Numbered from the stretch's first letter, positions 1 through 10,385 are shown. The stretch: 39,569 bases of DNA from an uncultured Sutterella sp. (GCA_905192805.1 CAJJMF010000001.1:1-39569), one strand, 5' to 3'. The notes: generated from the letters alone by a model not told the origin. A program made the numbers and translations.

Positions 1-420
1 ATCCAAAAAACGAATCGCCGCCGGACTCTGTAGGGCACGCGTCACATCCTGAGGCGAGCGCATCGCAAAGGCTCGGATCAAACCTATGGACGCACCCTCG
101 GGGGTTTTTACGCGACCGATGGTCTCAGCCCAGCGGGTTTCCTCTTCCCTCGTGAGCAGCTGGTGGCACTGCACGTGGGTCACCAGCCCCGTGCGAGCCA
201 CATCAAGTACCTCCTCGAGCGATTCATTTAAAAAGACCGCCACCCGCCCAATCGACGGTGCCACCAAGGGAGCGAGTGCTTCGAGCGTCTCACGGTTCAC
301 CGTACGTGCCTTACCGTGGGCGAGCACAAAGCCCACCATCGTGGGCGCGAGGGCATTCGCGATGGCGATCGCCTCAGGGGTTTTCAGCCCACAGAGTTTG
401 ATCCCAAGGGGCGCTCTCAT
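1..420 (-). CDS. trpF: phosphoribosylanthranilate isomerase, 3' end runs off the window (absent from ORF track)
   Basis: Manual translation from ATG at 420: [33 protein letters not shown]...VAVFLNE...VQCH, matching the TrpF IKxCG, vGfv and vQlH motifs; ATGA overlap with the trpC stop. Confidence 0.9.
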   Translation of the reverse strand, partial: MRAPLGIKLCGLKTPEAIAIANALAPTMVGFVLAHGKARTVNRETLEALAPLVAPSIGRVAVFLNESLEEVLDVARTGLVTHVQCHQLLTREEETRWAETIGRVKTPEGASIGLIRAFAMRSPQDVTRALQSPAAIRFLD

Positions 421-1235
421 TGCCCTACCTCCCGGATCAAGCGAATAAGCCCTTCGCGGTCCTCACTGCGCATGAGCATTTCCCCAATAAGAGCGGCATC
501 CGCCCCTGCGCGAGCCACAGCCCGCACATCTTCAAGCGTTTGGATCCCACTCTCGGCCACATAAATGGCCTCAGGTGGCACTAGGGCACGAAGCGCCTGC
601 GCGTGTTCGGTATTAACTTCAAAGGTGTGAAGGTTACGATTATTGACCCCGATCACCGTAGCCCCCACATCGAGCGCCACCGCGATTTCATCAGGGTTGT
701 GCGTTTCAACCAACGCCGCCATATCCAATTCGTGTGCCAAATCCAAGAGGCCCTTGAGAACACTCGGACTCAAAAGCGACACAATCAAGAGGACCGCCGA
801 AGCCCCCAATAATTTCGCTTCGTAAATCATCGCTTCATGCACCGTGAAGTCTTTGCGCAGTAAAGGTGTTTGCACGGTCTGCGCGATGCTCGCCAAGTAC
901 TGATCGTCACCCAAAAAAGCCGTAGGCTCGGTCAATACCGAAATCGCATCGATACCCGCACGCTCGTAGGATTGAGCTATCTCTTGATAAGGAAACACGG
1001 GCGCAATCATGCCTTTACTGGGCGAAGCTCGTTTCACTTCACCAATCAAACGTAACCCAGGGCGACGTAGCGCCGACTCAAACGCTTCGCGTGAAGCCCC
1101 GCGAGCGTTCATTGGGGCTACGAGGGCCTCGGCATTGGCCCGAAGGGTCGCCAAGGGCGTTGTCGCTAACCGCACGGCCACACGATGCTGCGCACGTTGC
1201 GCTAATTCGGTCAAAATCGAAGGGGCTTGGCTCAT
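417..1235 (-). CDS. trpC: indole-3-glycerol phosphate synthase
   Basis: [39 protein letters not shown] motifs. Confidence 0.97.
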   Translation of the reverse strand: MSQAPSILTELAQRAQHRVAVRLATTPLATLRANAEALVAPMNARGASREAFESALRRPGLRLIGEVKRASPSKGMIAPVFPYQEIAQSYERAGIDAISVLTEPTAFLGDDQYLASIAQTVQTPLLRKDFTVHEAMIYEAKLLGASAVLLIVSLLSPSVLKGLLDLAHELDMAALVETHNPDEIAVALDVGATVIGVNNRNLHTFEVNTEHAQALRALVPPEAIYVAESGIQTLEDVRAVARAGADAALIGEMLMRSEDREGLIRLIREVGQ

Positions 1236-2269
1236 TTCCCCTCCTCGGCGACGCTCGCCTGACTTTCACGAATCAGTGCCTCGAGTACCGCCAGGGCTTT
1301 GCCCGAATCGATCAATTCGCGTGCGAGCGCAATCCCCTCAGCAATCGTAGCTACTCGATCACCCACACAGAGTAAGGCGCCCGCATTGAGTAACACGGCA
1401 TCACGCTTGGGTCCTAGCTCACCCGATAAGATGGCTCGGGTGATGGCCGCATTCTCCTGAGGATTGCCCCCCAACAAATCCGCCTTGTCGCAACGGGTGA
1501 GTCCCAACGCCTCGGGCGTTATCCGATAGGATTTCGTCCACCCGTCTTTAAATTCACACACTGTCGTGGGTGCTGAGAGCGAGAGTTCATCGAGCTTATC
1601 TTCGCCATAAACGACCATCCCACGCTTCACCCCTAAGCCCATTAAGACTTGTGCCAAAGGTTCGACCAAATAGCGGTCATACACCCCCAAGAGTTGACCG
1701 ACGGGACGTGCTGGGTTGGTTAAGGGTCCCAAAATATTAAAAACCGTCCGAAAACCCAATTCGCGGCGAATCGGCCCGACGTATTTCATCGATGTGTGGT
1801 ACTTCTGCGCAAAGAAAAAGCAAAAGCCGACACGCTCGAGGAGTTGCACCGCCTGCGCGGGGCTCTGATCAATATTGACCCCTAAGGCTTCCAAGCAATC
1901 GGCCGTACCAGACTTGGACGAGGCGGCACGGTTCCCGTGCTTGGCAACTTTCATTCCGCCCGCAACCGCCACAAAGGCGGACGTGGTGGAAATATTAAAG
2001 CTCCCAGCGTTGTCGCCCCCCGTCCCCACGATTTCGTAAACCGGAAACGGTACGTTCACTGCCAGCGCATGTTCACGCATCGCGCTCGCCGCCCCCATGA
2101 TTTCGTCAATCGTTTCGGAACGTGCACTCTTCGTAGACATCGCAGCCAAAAAGGCCGCATTTTGGGTGGGGGTCGTTTCCCCGGCCATGATTTCATTCAT
2201 GACGGTGTAACTTTCTTCAAAGGTTAAATCCCCTTTATTGACTAACTTCACAATGGCTTCTTTAATCAT
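1232..2269 (-). CDS. trpD: anthranilate phosphoribosyltransferase
   Basis: [40 protein letters not shown] motifs; AAAGGA RBS. Confidence 0.97.
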   Translation of the reverse strand: MIKEAIVKLVNKGDLTFEESYTVMNEIMAGETTPTQNAAFLAAMSTKSARSETIDEIMGAASAMREHALAVNVPFPVYEIVGTGGDNAGSFNISTTSAFVAVAGGMKVAKHGNRAASSKSGTADCLEALGVNIDQSPAQAVQLLERVGFCFFFAQKYHTSMKYVGPIRRELGFRTVFNILGPLTNPARPVGQLLGVYDRYLVEPLAQVLMGLGVKRGMVVYGEDKLDELSLSAPTTVCEFKDGWTKSYRITPEALGLTRCDKADLLGGNPQENAAITRAILSGELGPKRDAVLLNAGALLCVGDRVATIAEGIALARELIDSGKALAVLEALIRESQASVAEEGK

Positions 2270-2326
2270 GACTTATTCCTTTCTTGGTTAACCGAGACAA
2301 ACCGTCGTGTACGGCCTCCGCTCGTT

Positions 2327-2917
2327 CTAGACACTCGCCTTCACTCCTCGGGCATAGGCTAAAAACGCTTCGAGCATCGAGAGCCCCCCTTGGGTCAAAA
2401 TGGATTCGGGATGAAATTGCACGCCAAAAATGGGATAGGCTTGGTGGCGCACCGCCATCACTTCCCCATCCTCGGTCACGGCGGTGACGCGTAAACTCGG
2501 GGGGACCGTGTCGGGGCGCGCGGCGAGCGAGTGGTAACGAGCGACTTCCCCCGTATCCCCCAATGCTTCAAAAAGCACCGAGTCAGGGGCATAACGAACA
2601 CGGCTCGATTTACCGTGCATCAGCGTCTTGGCATAGGTGACCGTTGCACCAAACGCTTGGCAAATCGCCTGATGGCCTAAGCAGACACCAAGGATTGGTA
2701 TCCGATGGCCTAAGCGCTTTACCACGTCAACAATCACGCCAGCGTCTTCGGGACGCCCAGGTCCCGGCGAAAGGACAATCGCCTCAGGCGCCAACGCTTC
2801 GATCGCGTCCACACTCAACTCGTCGTTTCGAATGACACGAATGTCACGCTCCAGCGTCCCCAGATACTGGTAAAGGTTGTAGACAAAGCTGTCGTAGCTA
2901 TCAATCAATAAAATCAT
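2327..2917 (-). CDS. trpG: anthranilate synthase component II (class I glutamine amidotransferase)
   Basis: MILLIDSYDSF, SPGPGRP, GVCLGHQ, RYHSL, GVQFHPES; ATGA overlap with trpE. Confidence 0.95.
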   Translation of the reverse strand: MILLIDSYDSFVYNLYQYLGTLERDIRVIRNDELSVDAIEALAPEAIVLSPGPGRPEDAGVIVDVVKRLGHRIPILGVCLGHQAICQAFGATVTYAKTLMHGKSSRVRYAPDSVLFEALGDTGEVARYHSLAARPDTVPPSLRVTAVTEDGEVMAVRHQAYPIFGVQFHPESILTQGGLSMLEAFLAYARGVKASV

Positions 2918-4374
2918 AGAACCTCCCCGGACTGCTCTAACGCACGAACCACGGCTTTGGCCTTATTGACACACTCTTGGTATTCGTTCTCGGGAACACT
3001 GTCCGCCACGATCCCTGCGCCACTACGCACATAGACTTGGTTGCCTTTACGATAGGCCAAGCGAATCGCAATACAGGTATCCATATTGCCGGCAAAATCG
3101 ATATAACCGACTGCCCCTCCGTAGATGCCTCGCTGGTTGTCTTCGAGTTCACGGATGAGCTCACAGGCACGGATTTTCGGTGCCCCTGAGAGGGTGCCCG
3201 CAGGCAGTACCGCACTGATCGCATCGAGCGCATCCTTATCGTCGCGAATCTCCCCACGCACGGTCGAGCCGATGTGCATGACATGCGAAAAACGCTCAAT
3301 GGCACGGAGTTTCTCGACTTTAACCGTTCCAAAACGACTAATCTTGCCTAAATCGTTGCGTCCCAAATCGACCAACATGTTGTGCTCGGCCAATTCCTTT
3401 TCATCGGCTAAGAGTTCGGCCTCAAGCGCCAAATCGGCCTCGGGCGTTGCTCCACGAGGACGCGTGCCGGCTAAGGGGAAGGTGTGAAGAACCCCATCGG
3501 TGAGTTTGACGAGGGTTTCGGGCGAGGCACCCGCCACCTCTACGTCCGTCCCCGAAAAGTAAAAGAGGTAAGGCGACGGGTTAATCGTGCGTAGCAACCG
3601 ATAGGTATTAAAGAGACTTCCTTCAAAGGGGCCTGAAAACCGGTTCGATAAGACGATTTGGAAAATATCGCCTTCAGTGATGTAGTGTTTGGCCCGTTCG
3701 ACCATCTGACAAAACGTCGATTGACTAAATAAGGGCGTCATCTCACCCGTGAGTCGACCCGTGGGCGACGGGGCACGGTGCGAGGTATTGAGGAGTGCTT
3801 TCATCTCCTCGATGGCCATCTGGGCGTGGATGTAATTCGCGTCCAGATCGTCCGTGGTCACATTGACAATCAACAGAATCTTTTGCTTTAAATGATCAAA
3901 CGCAATGATGCGATCAAAGAGCATCAAATCGAGGTCTTTGAAGTCGTTAGCAGCGTCGTAGTTGAACTGAAGCCGGGACTCTGTATAACCAAAGTATTCA
4001 AACGAGAAGTACCCAACGAGGCCCCCGGTCAAGGGCGGTAGCCCTTCCACACGGGCCGAACGGTGCGATGTCAAAAGTTCGCGCAAATACTCATGCACGG
4101 GAGCGTCCACGCGCTCGCCATTCACGAAGAGTTCGCCCGCTTGTGCCGTCACACAAAGCCGTGGACGGAAACCCAGAAAGCTGTAACGACCCCAGTGCGT
4201 TTTATCTTCGAGGGATTCGAGTAAAAAGACATGCTCAGAGGCTTCGCGCAACAAATTGACCGCTTCAATCGGCGTCAGCGCATCGGCGAGCATTTCACCA
4301 CAGACGGGCACGCGACGAATCTCTGGATTCTGCGCGAGCGTTTTTAAGGTCTCGAGACTCGGATAAAGTGGCAT
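2914..4374 (-). CDS. trpE: anthranilate synthase component I (start moved to ATG 4374 behind AAGGAA)
   Basis: FLLES and NPSPY Trp-feedback motifs; PLAGTRPRG, KELAEHNMLVDLGRND, PAGTLSGAPK. Confidence 0.95.
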   Translation of the reverse strand: MPLYPSLETLKTLAQNPEIRRVPVCGEMLADALTPIEAVNLLREASEHVFLLESLEDKTHWGRYSFLGFRPRLCVTAQAGELFVNGERVDAPVHEYLRELLTSHRSARVEGLPPLTGGLVGYFSFEYFGYTESRLQFNYDAANDFKDLDLMLFDRIIAFDHLKQKILLIVNVTTDDLDANYIHAQMAIEEMKALLNTSHRAPSPTGRLTGEMTPLFSQSTFCQMVERAKHYITEGDIFQIVLSNRFSGPFEGSLFNTYRLLRTINPSPYLFYFSGTDVEVAGASPETLVKLTDGVLHTFPLAGTRPRGATPEADLALEAELLADEKELAEHNMLVDLGRNDLGKISRFGTVKVEKLRAIERFSHVMHIGSTVRGEIRDDKDALDAISAVLPAGTLSGAPKIRACELIRELEDNQRGIYGGAVGYIDFAGNMDTCIAIRLAYRKGNQVYVRSGAGIVADSVPENEYQECVNKAKAVVRALEQSGEVL

Positions 4375-4393
4375 AAACGTTTCCTTAGGCAAT

Positions 4394-4431
4394 AAAAAAA
4401 CTCCATCGTTAGCCCAGTGCTATCGAGGAGT
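4394..4431 (-). terminator. intrinsic terminator (attenuator) of the trp leader
   Basis: Minus strand ACTCC-TCG-ATAGC-ACTGG-GCTA-ACGA-TGGAG followed by 7 T, ~20 nt before the trpE ATG. Confidence 0.8.
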
Positions 4432-4503
4432 GCTTATTGACTTAGGCCACGCGCCTAAAAACGGTAAGGTAACCTCTCGATAGCCCTATAGGGGGGCTCA
4501 AAG

Positions 4504-4762
4504 AGGTAAGGACGAGCGTGGTGCCCGCGGTGCCACCTTACCTTCATAAGTGCCACGAAGGCGCTTATGCACTTTTTAACGGGTACCATCATACCCTGAA
4601 CCACTCACGTGGGTTCTCTACGTCGCAGAATACTCGGTCCTAGAGAAGGACTTTTCCCTACGCCCTCAGCGGCCCATTATAACGGTGTGTTTCTTACCTC
4701 ACTTCCACCTACTGAGGCTCTCTCTTAAGGCATCATCCGTTTTTACTTCCGCGTCGACGGTG
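4504..4762 (-). ncRNA. T-box riboswitch, tryptophan-specific
   Basis: Stem I with GA motif, AGUA S-turn (4747-4744), AGAGAG bulge (4725-4720), GGUGGAA apical loop (4709-4703), specifier UGG (4676-4674); stem II with GAA/AGUA; CCGUUA F-box; stem III; antiterminator AGGUAAGG-UGGCACC-GCG...CGU-CCUUACCU (4543-4504). Confidence 0.95.
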
Positions 4763-4770
4763 TACTACTA

Positions 4771-4799
4771 ATCCTAGGGAAGTCTTCGGGGCACGTCAA
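4771..4799 (-). promoter_or_regulatory. sigma70 promoter of the trp leader
   Basis: TTGACG (4799-4794), 17 nt spacer, TAGGAT (4776-4771), ending ~10 nt before stem I. Confidence 0.75.
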
Positions 4800-4890
4800 T
4801 GCCCCCTCTCGACTTCTCCCAAGAATGTCACCGGATAGGGGCGTTGACGCAATCGCTCTAAGGACATTCCACTAAGCGTTAACCCATAGG

Positions 4891-4928
4891 AAAAAAGCAC
4901 CACACAGTTTTCTGCGTAGTGCTTTCTT
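4891..4928 (-). terminator. intrinsic terminator after ppsA
   Basis: Minus strand AAAGCACTACGCAG-AAAA-CTGTGTGGTGCTTT-TTT. Confidence 0.8.
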
Positions 4929-4998
4929 TGCGTGGGGAGACGCGCTTTCGGAGGGCTTCTCCGACAGGTCTCCCCTTAGGCGATCCTTTAGGGCGAAT

Positions 4999-7368
4999 TT
5001 ACTTCGCCAAACGACGCCACGTATCGACCACCGTATCCGGGTTAAGCGAGATGGACTCAATACCTTGATCCATCAACCACTGAGCAAAGTCGGCATGGTC
5101 AGACGGACCCTGACCGCAAATACCCACGTACTTACCCTGAGCACGGCAAGCCTTAATGGCCATCGCTAAAAGGGCCTTCACCGCGTCGTTACGTTCATCA
5201 AAGCTCGCAGCCACTAAGCCCGAGTCGCGGTCAAGCCCTAAGGCCAACTGCGTCATGTCGTTCGAACCGATCGAGAAGCCGTCGAAATACTGTAAGAACT
5301 GATCCGCTAACACGGCGTTCGAGGGGATTTCGCACATCATGATGAGGCGTAAGCCATTTTCGCCACGCTTCAAACCATGGCTGGCCATGATTTCGGTCAC
5401 GCGCTGCGCTTCGTTAATCGTACGCACGAAGGGGAGCATCAATTCGACGTTCGTTAAGCCCATTTCGTCACGGACAAACTTCATCGCACGGCATTCCATC
5501 GCGAAGCATTCCGCAAACTGGTTGGCAATGTAGCGCGAAGCGCCACGGAAGCCCAACATCGGGTTTTCTTCATCGGGTTCGTACTGAGCCCCACCGATCA
5601 ACTTACGGTATTCGTTGCTCTTAAAGTCCGACAAGCGAACAATGACCTTCTTCGGATAGAAGGCTGCCGCAATCGTCGCCACGCCTTCGGCGATCTTACG
5701 TTCGAAGAATTCCTTCGGATTGGCATAACCCGCCGACAAACGTTCGGCCGCGTCACGCAATTCGCCAGGCACATTCGGGTAATCCAACACCACCTTCGGG
5801 TGGATACCGATGTTATTGTTGATGATGAACTCTAAGCGAGCCAAACCCACCCCCTTATTCGGGATGCTCTGGAATTCAAAGGCCAACTGGGGGTTACCCA
5901 CGTTCATCATGATCTTGACCGGGACTTCCGGCAACGCACCGCGTTGAACTTCTTCAACGGCCACGTCTTGGAGACCTTCGTAGATGTTACCCGTATCGCC
6001 TTCGGCGCAGGACACCGTCACTAAGTCGTTTTCGACTAAGCGTTCGGTCGCGTCACCGCAGCCCACCACGGCGGGAATCCCTAATTCACGCGCAATAATG
6101 GCAGCGTGGCAGGTACGACCACCACGGTTCGTGACAATGGCGGAGGCCTTCTTCATCACGGGTTCCCAGTTGGGGTCCGTCATGTCGGTCACTAACACGT
6201 CGCCCGGTTGCACACGATCCATTTCGGAGGCGCTTTCCACAATACGCACGGGGCCCTGACCAATCTTCTGACCAATCGCACGGCCCTGGCAAAGCAAGCG
6301 GCCCTTGCTCTTTAAGGCGTAACGCAACTGAACGTCGACACCCTTTTGCTGGCTCTTAACGGTTTCCGGACGCGCTTGCAAGATGTAGATCTTGCCATCG
6401 ATCCCGTCCTTACCCCATTCGATGTCCATCGGACGGCCGTAGTGCTTTTCAATAATGCGAGCAAACTTGGCCAATTCGATCACGTCTTCATCGGTAATCG
6501 AGAAACGACGACGATCTTCGGGCGCCACATCCAAGGTACGAACCGTACGACCCGTCGTGCTATCGGGTTCGAATTCCATCTTGATTAACTTGCTACCCAA
6601 GGTCTTGCGGATGATCGGGTACTTGCCCTGATCCAAAATGGGCTTATGCACATAGAATTCGTCCGGATTCACCGCCCCCTGAACGACCGTTTCACCCAAG
6701 CCGTAGCTCGCGGTAATGAAAACGACCTGATCAAAGCCCGATTCCGTATCAAGCGTGAACATCACGCCAGCAGCCCCCTTGTCGGAGCGGCACATACGTT
6801 GCACACCGGCCGAGAGAGCCACTTCAGTATGGGTAAACCCTTTGTGGACACGATAGGAAATCGCACGGTCGTTATAAAGCGACGCAAACACTTCCTTCAT
6901 GCGATGGAGCACCGCATCGATACCCACAACGTTCAAGACCGTTTCTTGCTGGCCCGCAAAGGAGGCGTCCGGCAAGTCTTCCGCCGTCGCCGAGGAACGC
7001 ACGGCCACGGAGATTTCCGACTGACCGTCCTTTAACCATTCATAGAAATCACGGATTTCTTTTTCTAACTGCTGAGGGAACGGAGCGGCTTCGATCCAAC
7101 CACGGATTTCCGCGCCCGCTTCAGCCAAGGCCTTCACGTCATCGACGTCCAACGTCTGTAAGCGCTGAGCAATACGTTCTTCAAGACCACCTTCCTTAAT
7201 GAAAAGACGGAAGGCTTCGGCGGTAGTAGCAAAACCATCTGGTACACGAATACCCGCAGACGTCAATTGGCTCAGTAATTCGCCCAAAGAAGCGTTCTTA
7301 CCGCCAACGCGATCCACATCGCTCATGCGAAGTTGACTAAACGGGAAAACGTAACGACCCTGTATCAT
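4999..7368 (-). CDS. ppsA: phosphoenolpyruvate synthase (pyruvate, water dikinase)
   Basis: [32 protein letters not shown], phospho-His motif [19 protein letters not shown]. Confidence 0.98.
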   Translation of the reverse strand: MIQGRYVFPFSQLRMSDVDRVGGKNASLGELLSQLTSAGIRVPDGFATTAEAFRLFIKEGGLEERIAQRLQTLDVDDVKALAEAGAEIRGWIEAAPFPQQLEKEIRDFYEWLKDGQSEISVAVRSSATAEDLPDASFAGQQETVLNVVGIDAVLHRMKEVFASLYNDRAISYRVHKGFTHTEVALSAGVQRMCRSDKGAAGVMFTLDTESGFDQVVFITASYGLGETVVQGAVNPDEFYVHKPILDQGKYPIIRKTLGSKLIKMEFEPDSTTGRTVRTLDVAPEDRRRFSITDEDVIELAKFARIIEKHYGRPMDIEWGKDGIDGKIYILQARPETVKSQQKGVDVQLRYALKSKGRLLCQGRAIGQKIGQGPVRIVESASEMDRVQPGDVLVTDMTDPNWEPVMKKASAIVTNRGGRTCHAAIIARELGIPAVVGCGDATERLVENDLVTVSCAEGDTGNIYEGLQDVAVEEVQRGALPEVPVKIMMNVGNPQLAFEFQSIPNKGVGLARLEFIINNNIGIHPKVVLDYPNVPGELRDAAERLSAGYANPKEFFERKIAEGVATIAAAFYPKKVIVRLSDFKSNEYRKLIGGAQYEPDEENPMLGFRGASRYIANQFAECFAMECRAMKFVRDEMGLTNVELMLPFVRTINEAQRVTEIMASHGLKRGENGLRLIMMCEIPSNAVLADQFLQYFDGFSIGSNDMTQLALGLDRDSGLVAASFDERNDAVKALLAMAIKACRAQGKYVGICGQGPSDHADFAQWLMDQGIESISLNPDTVVDTWRRLAK

Positions 7369-7872
7369 GTGTATGTCCTCTTAAGCCCAACTGGGGCAGT
7401 GAAACAAGTTGCCCCGATTGTACCCGTTATTGAGCGAATTTTCATGAAGACGGATCAGGCTTTTTTGGGATGCAATTGGTTACTTTTCAGTTTTTTTACG
7501 TTTATCCGCGTGGATAACACGGCGTGAAAAACCCCCTCGAGCGTGGGGGTAGTCCTCAATAGAGGACAACACAAAATCAAGGCTTTTCCCCGTCTTTCAA
7601 TGACTTCCCGCCGATTCGACGGCATGGTCTTATCCGCTCACACACTCCTCAGAGGACTTTTCTAAGACGCTTCTTTCTTTTTCCTCCCTCACGCAAACAA
7701 GGGATAGACAGCACACTACTTAGGGAAAATACTTAGGACTATTTTCCAGCAGAGCAAAGCTAATCTTGCAAAAATAGTTGTTTGCTCTCGACATTCGTCG
7801 TGTCTATGCCTCCTTAAATGAGAGGATTTTCGATAAAATCGCCTCATTTACTATTGTGTGAGCCCCTTCAAG

Positions 7873-8718
7873 ATGACCGAAACTAAAACAGAGCCCGTTC
7901 GTCAGATTTTCATTGTGAGTGATGGCACCGCCATTACAGCGGAAACGCTGGCTCACTCCATCATGACTCAGTTCCCCAATCTGAGTTACAACCAAACGCG
8001 TCTTCCCTTTACCGATACGGTGGAAAAAGCCTTAGAAGTGGCCCGCCAGATTAATGCCAAAGGGGCTGCGGATGGGTTACGTCCCATTATCTTTACGACG
8101 TTTGTGGATCCTGAGATCATGCGCACCTTCAATGAGGCCGTCTCGGGGCACATTATCGACTTGTTCCGCAAGTTTGTCGGTCCCTTAGAAACCGAGTTGG
8201 GCATGAAGAGTGCCCATTCGATTGGGCAGAGCCACCGCATTCGCGATGATGTGAAATATAACCGCCGTATTGCCGCCATCGACTACACGTTGCAGCACGA
8301 CGACGGTCAAACCAATCGCGGGCTTGATGAGGCGGATGTGATTTTGGTCGGGGTGTCGCGCTCCGGTAAAACGCCGACCTCCCTCTTTTTAGCCATGCAG
8401 TTTGGTCTCAAGGTCGCCAACTATCCGTTGATTCCGGAAGACTTTGATCGTGGCAGCTTACCCGAAGCCCTGATTCCGCTTCGCGACAAACTCTTTGGTC
8501 TCTCGATTCGTCCGGAACGCTTGTCGGAAATTCGCAATGAACGTCGTCCGAACAGTCGCTATGCGAGCCTCGAAAATTGCCGTAAAGAAATTGAAGATGC
8601 CGAAAACTTAATGGTCCGCGAAGGCATTCGTTGGCTCAACTCCACCACGAAGTCGATTGAAGAAATTTCGGCCACGATCATTGCCGAATTGGGACTGGAT
8701 CATCGTAAGAACCGCTAA
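7873..8718 (+). CDS. ppsR: PEP synthase regulatory protein (kinase/pyrophosphorylase); alternative start GTG 7858
   Basis: IFIVSDGTAITAE, HDDG, GVSRSGKTPTS, NYPL; divergent from ppsA as usual. Confidence 0.96.
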   Translation: MTETKTEPVRQIFIVSDGTAITAETLAHSIMTQFPNLSYNQTRLPFTDTVEKALEVARQINAKGAADGLRPIIFTTFVDPEIMRTFNEAVSGHIIDLFRKFVGPLETELGMKSAHSIGQSHRIRDDVKYNRRIAAIDYTLQHDDGQTNRGLDEADVILVGVSRSGKTPTSLFLAMQFGLKVANYPLIPEDFDRGSLPEALIPLRDKLFGLSIRPERLSEIRNERRPNSRYASLENCRKEIEDAENLMVREGIRWLNSTTKSIEEISATIIAELGLDHRKNR

Positions 8719-8741
8719 CACGATCCTTACACCCACACGAT

Positions 8742-8790
8742 AAACGCCCAGCGAACACTATCAAATAAGTGTGCTGGGCGTTTTGGTTTT
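8742..8790 (+). terminator. intrinsic terminator between convergent ppsR and the amidohydrolase
   Basis: AAACGCCCAGC...GCTGGGCGTTTT inverted repeat. Confidence 0.75.
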
Positions 8791-8839
8791 ACGTGACCCC
8801 GAGTGAGCAGTCCTACCACCCCTCGGGGAGATAAGGCGT

Positions 8840-9943
8840 TTACGCTAAATGACGCTTCACCCATTCAACAAAGACTGCGGTACCCATGGGCAAATACTGC
8901 TCATCGAAATTCATCGTGGCCGCATGTAACCCCGGTGTCGCCCCTACCCCTACACCAAAGTACGCGGCAGGCAACCCCGGACGGCTCAAGCGATAATGGT
9001 GGAAATCTTCCCCACCACCCCCGCACGGGCGAGCGAGTTTATCGGGTCCCACCACGGTGCGAATCACGTCCGCAATTTCTTCCGTGAGCGCTTCATCGTA
9101 GTCCGCAGCCGGGCACTGGGTACCATACTTGATGGTCGCTTCAGCACCGGCGGCTTTCGCCGTATAGGTGATCGCGTCCGCCATCTTCGCGAGCAACTCT
9201 TTCATCAAATCGTTCGTGCCAGCACGCACGTCAAAGGTGATGCGCGCTTCTTCCGGGATCGAATTGGTTGCGCCTTGGTCGGCATGGAACTGCGTTGCCT
9301 TGGCACTCCAGCTCGCCACTGGGTTGAGCCAAATCGCCTGAACGGCTTGCACAATCTGCGCACCCACGTCAATCGTATTGATCCCTAAGTGCGGACGCGC
9401 CGCGTGCGCGGAACGCCCACGCACCACGACCGACACCGTCGTACTGGCGGTATGGTTCACCGCAGCACAGCACGTACCGGGTTCCAAGTCCTGGATCGGA
9501 CGGATGTGCGCCCCGACAATCATGTCCACATCATCAATCACACCCGCCTTGATCATCGCCAAGGCCCCCTCAATCGTTTCTTCCGCTGGTTGAAAGAGCA
9601 CTTTCAACGTGCCACGCTTTACGAGGTCTTTTAATTCGCTCGCTGCCGCCAACACCATTGCTGTATGCGCATCGTGACCACAGGCATGAATCGCACAGGC
9701 CTTACCGTCGATTTCAAACGGCAGAGCATCCATATCCGCGCGCAACATCAACACGGGACCAGGCTCCGCGCCATGAATGACCCCCATGACGCCGGTCGTA
9801 TCACCGATATGACGGGTGACTTCGTAGCCCAACGCCTGCAACTTATCGGCCACAAACTGTGCGGTCTTTTCTTCCTGAAACGCCAATTCGGGCATTTCAT
9901 GCAAGGCACGTCTGAGCGCAATCGGATCGAGTTTTTCTGTCAT
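8840..9943 (-). CDS. M20D-family amidohydrolase (AmhX/hippurase-like)
   Basis: LHEMPELAFQE, LRADMDAL, HACGHDAH, FQPAEE, GEDF; start set at ATG 9943 behind AAGGAG. Confidence 0.9.
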   Translation of the reverse strand: MTEKLDPIALRRALHEMPELAFQEEKTAQFVADKLQALGYEVTRHIGDTTGVMGVIHGAEPGPVLMLRADMDALPFEIDGKACAIHACGHDAHTAMVLAAASELKDLVKRGTLKVLFQPAEETIEGALAMIKAGVIDDVDMIVGAHIRPIQDLEPGTCCAAVNHTASTTVSVVVRGRSAHAARPHLGINTIDVGAQIVQAVQAIWLNPVASWSAKATQFHADQGATNSIPEEARITFDVRAGTNDLMKELLAKMADAITYTAKAAGAEATIKYGTQCPAADYDEALTEEIADVIRTVVGPDKLARPCGGGGEDFHHYRLSRPGLPAAYFGVGVGATPGLHAATMNFDEQYLPMGTAVFVEWVKRHLA

Positions 9944-10110
9944 CGAATTCTCCTTAGAATGGTTATTGTCGTGCTGATGGAGCACAAGACTCGGTTCAAA
10001 AACTTTAACACTTAGTTCAGCGGTTTGCCAGACCTCGACACAAATGGCGACTTAAAATGGATTAAAGTCGACAAGGTGGGGACTATAAATGAAACAAAAT
10101 ATTTCTCGAC

Positions 10111-10139
10111 TTGCTAATTGTCGACAATATACCTAGAAT
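10111..10139 (+). promoter_or_regulatory. sigma70 promoter with a palindromic operator in the spacer
   Basis: TTGCTA (10111-10116), 17 nt, TAGAAT (10134-10139); spacer contains the perfect palindrome ATTGTCGACAAT (10117-10128). Confidence 0.65.
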
Positions 10140-10154
10140 TTTGTCAATTTAGCC

Positions 10155-10385
10155 TAGAGAATGCTAAGGACGCCTTGCGTCATGCCCATTCTCGGCAATT
10201 CCTAACGACTGCAGCCTTTGGGAGGTTGTTGTTAGGACGAACTCCGTGTAAAGCGCGGGGGACGTTCTGACAACAAACAATGAATTCCAAGACGGGCAGA
10301 CGGGTTGAGTCTCACCTCGGTGCTCACTCCCCTCGCCCTTCGTCAAGTCACATTGTTGTGACTCTTAGACTCATTGTTTTTTATT
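10155..10385 (+). promoter_or_regulatory. candidate structured 5' leader or attenuator RNA (no family recognised)
   Basis: Run of hairpins with G-U pairs and a multibranch closed by AAACAATGA/TCATTGTTT running into a T-tract. Confidence 0.45.

Noticed and set aside
4375..4770. TrpL-type leader peptide attenuator
   Set aside because: No RBS-led short ORF with tandem Trp codons was seen; the T-box elements explain the leader
7502..7518. DnaA-box-like pair suggesting oriC
   Set aside because: Only two imperfect, overlapping boxes; no box cluster or origin-linked genes
7630..7642. TTATCCGCTCACA, identical to the lac operator core
   Set aside because: Flanks do not match lacO and there is no vector sequence or lacI; likely chance
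10211..10230. PyrR binding loop (UGGGAGGUU)
   Set aside because: Only the 3' half matches; ARUCC and the upstream CUUUAA are absent, and no pyrR is in the window
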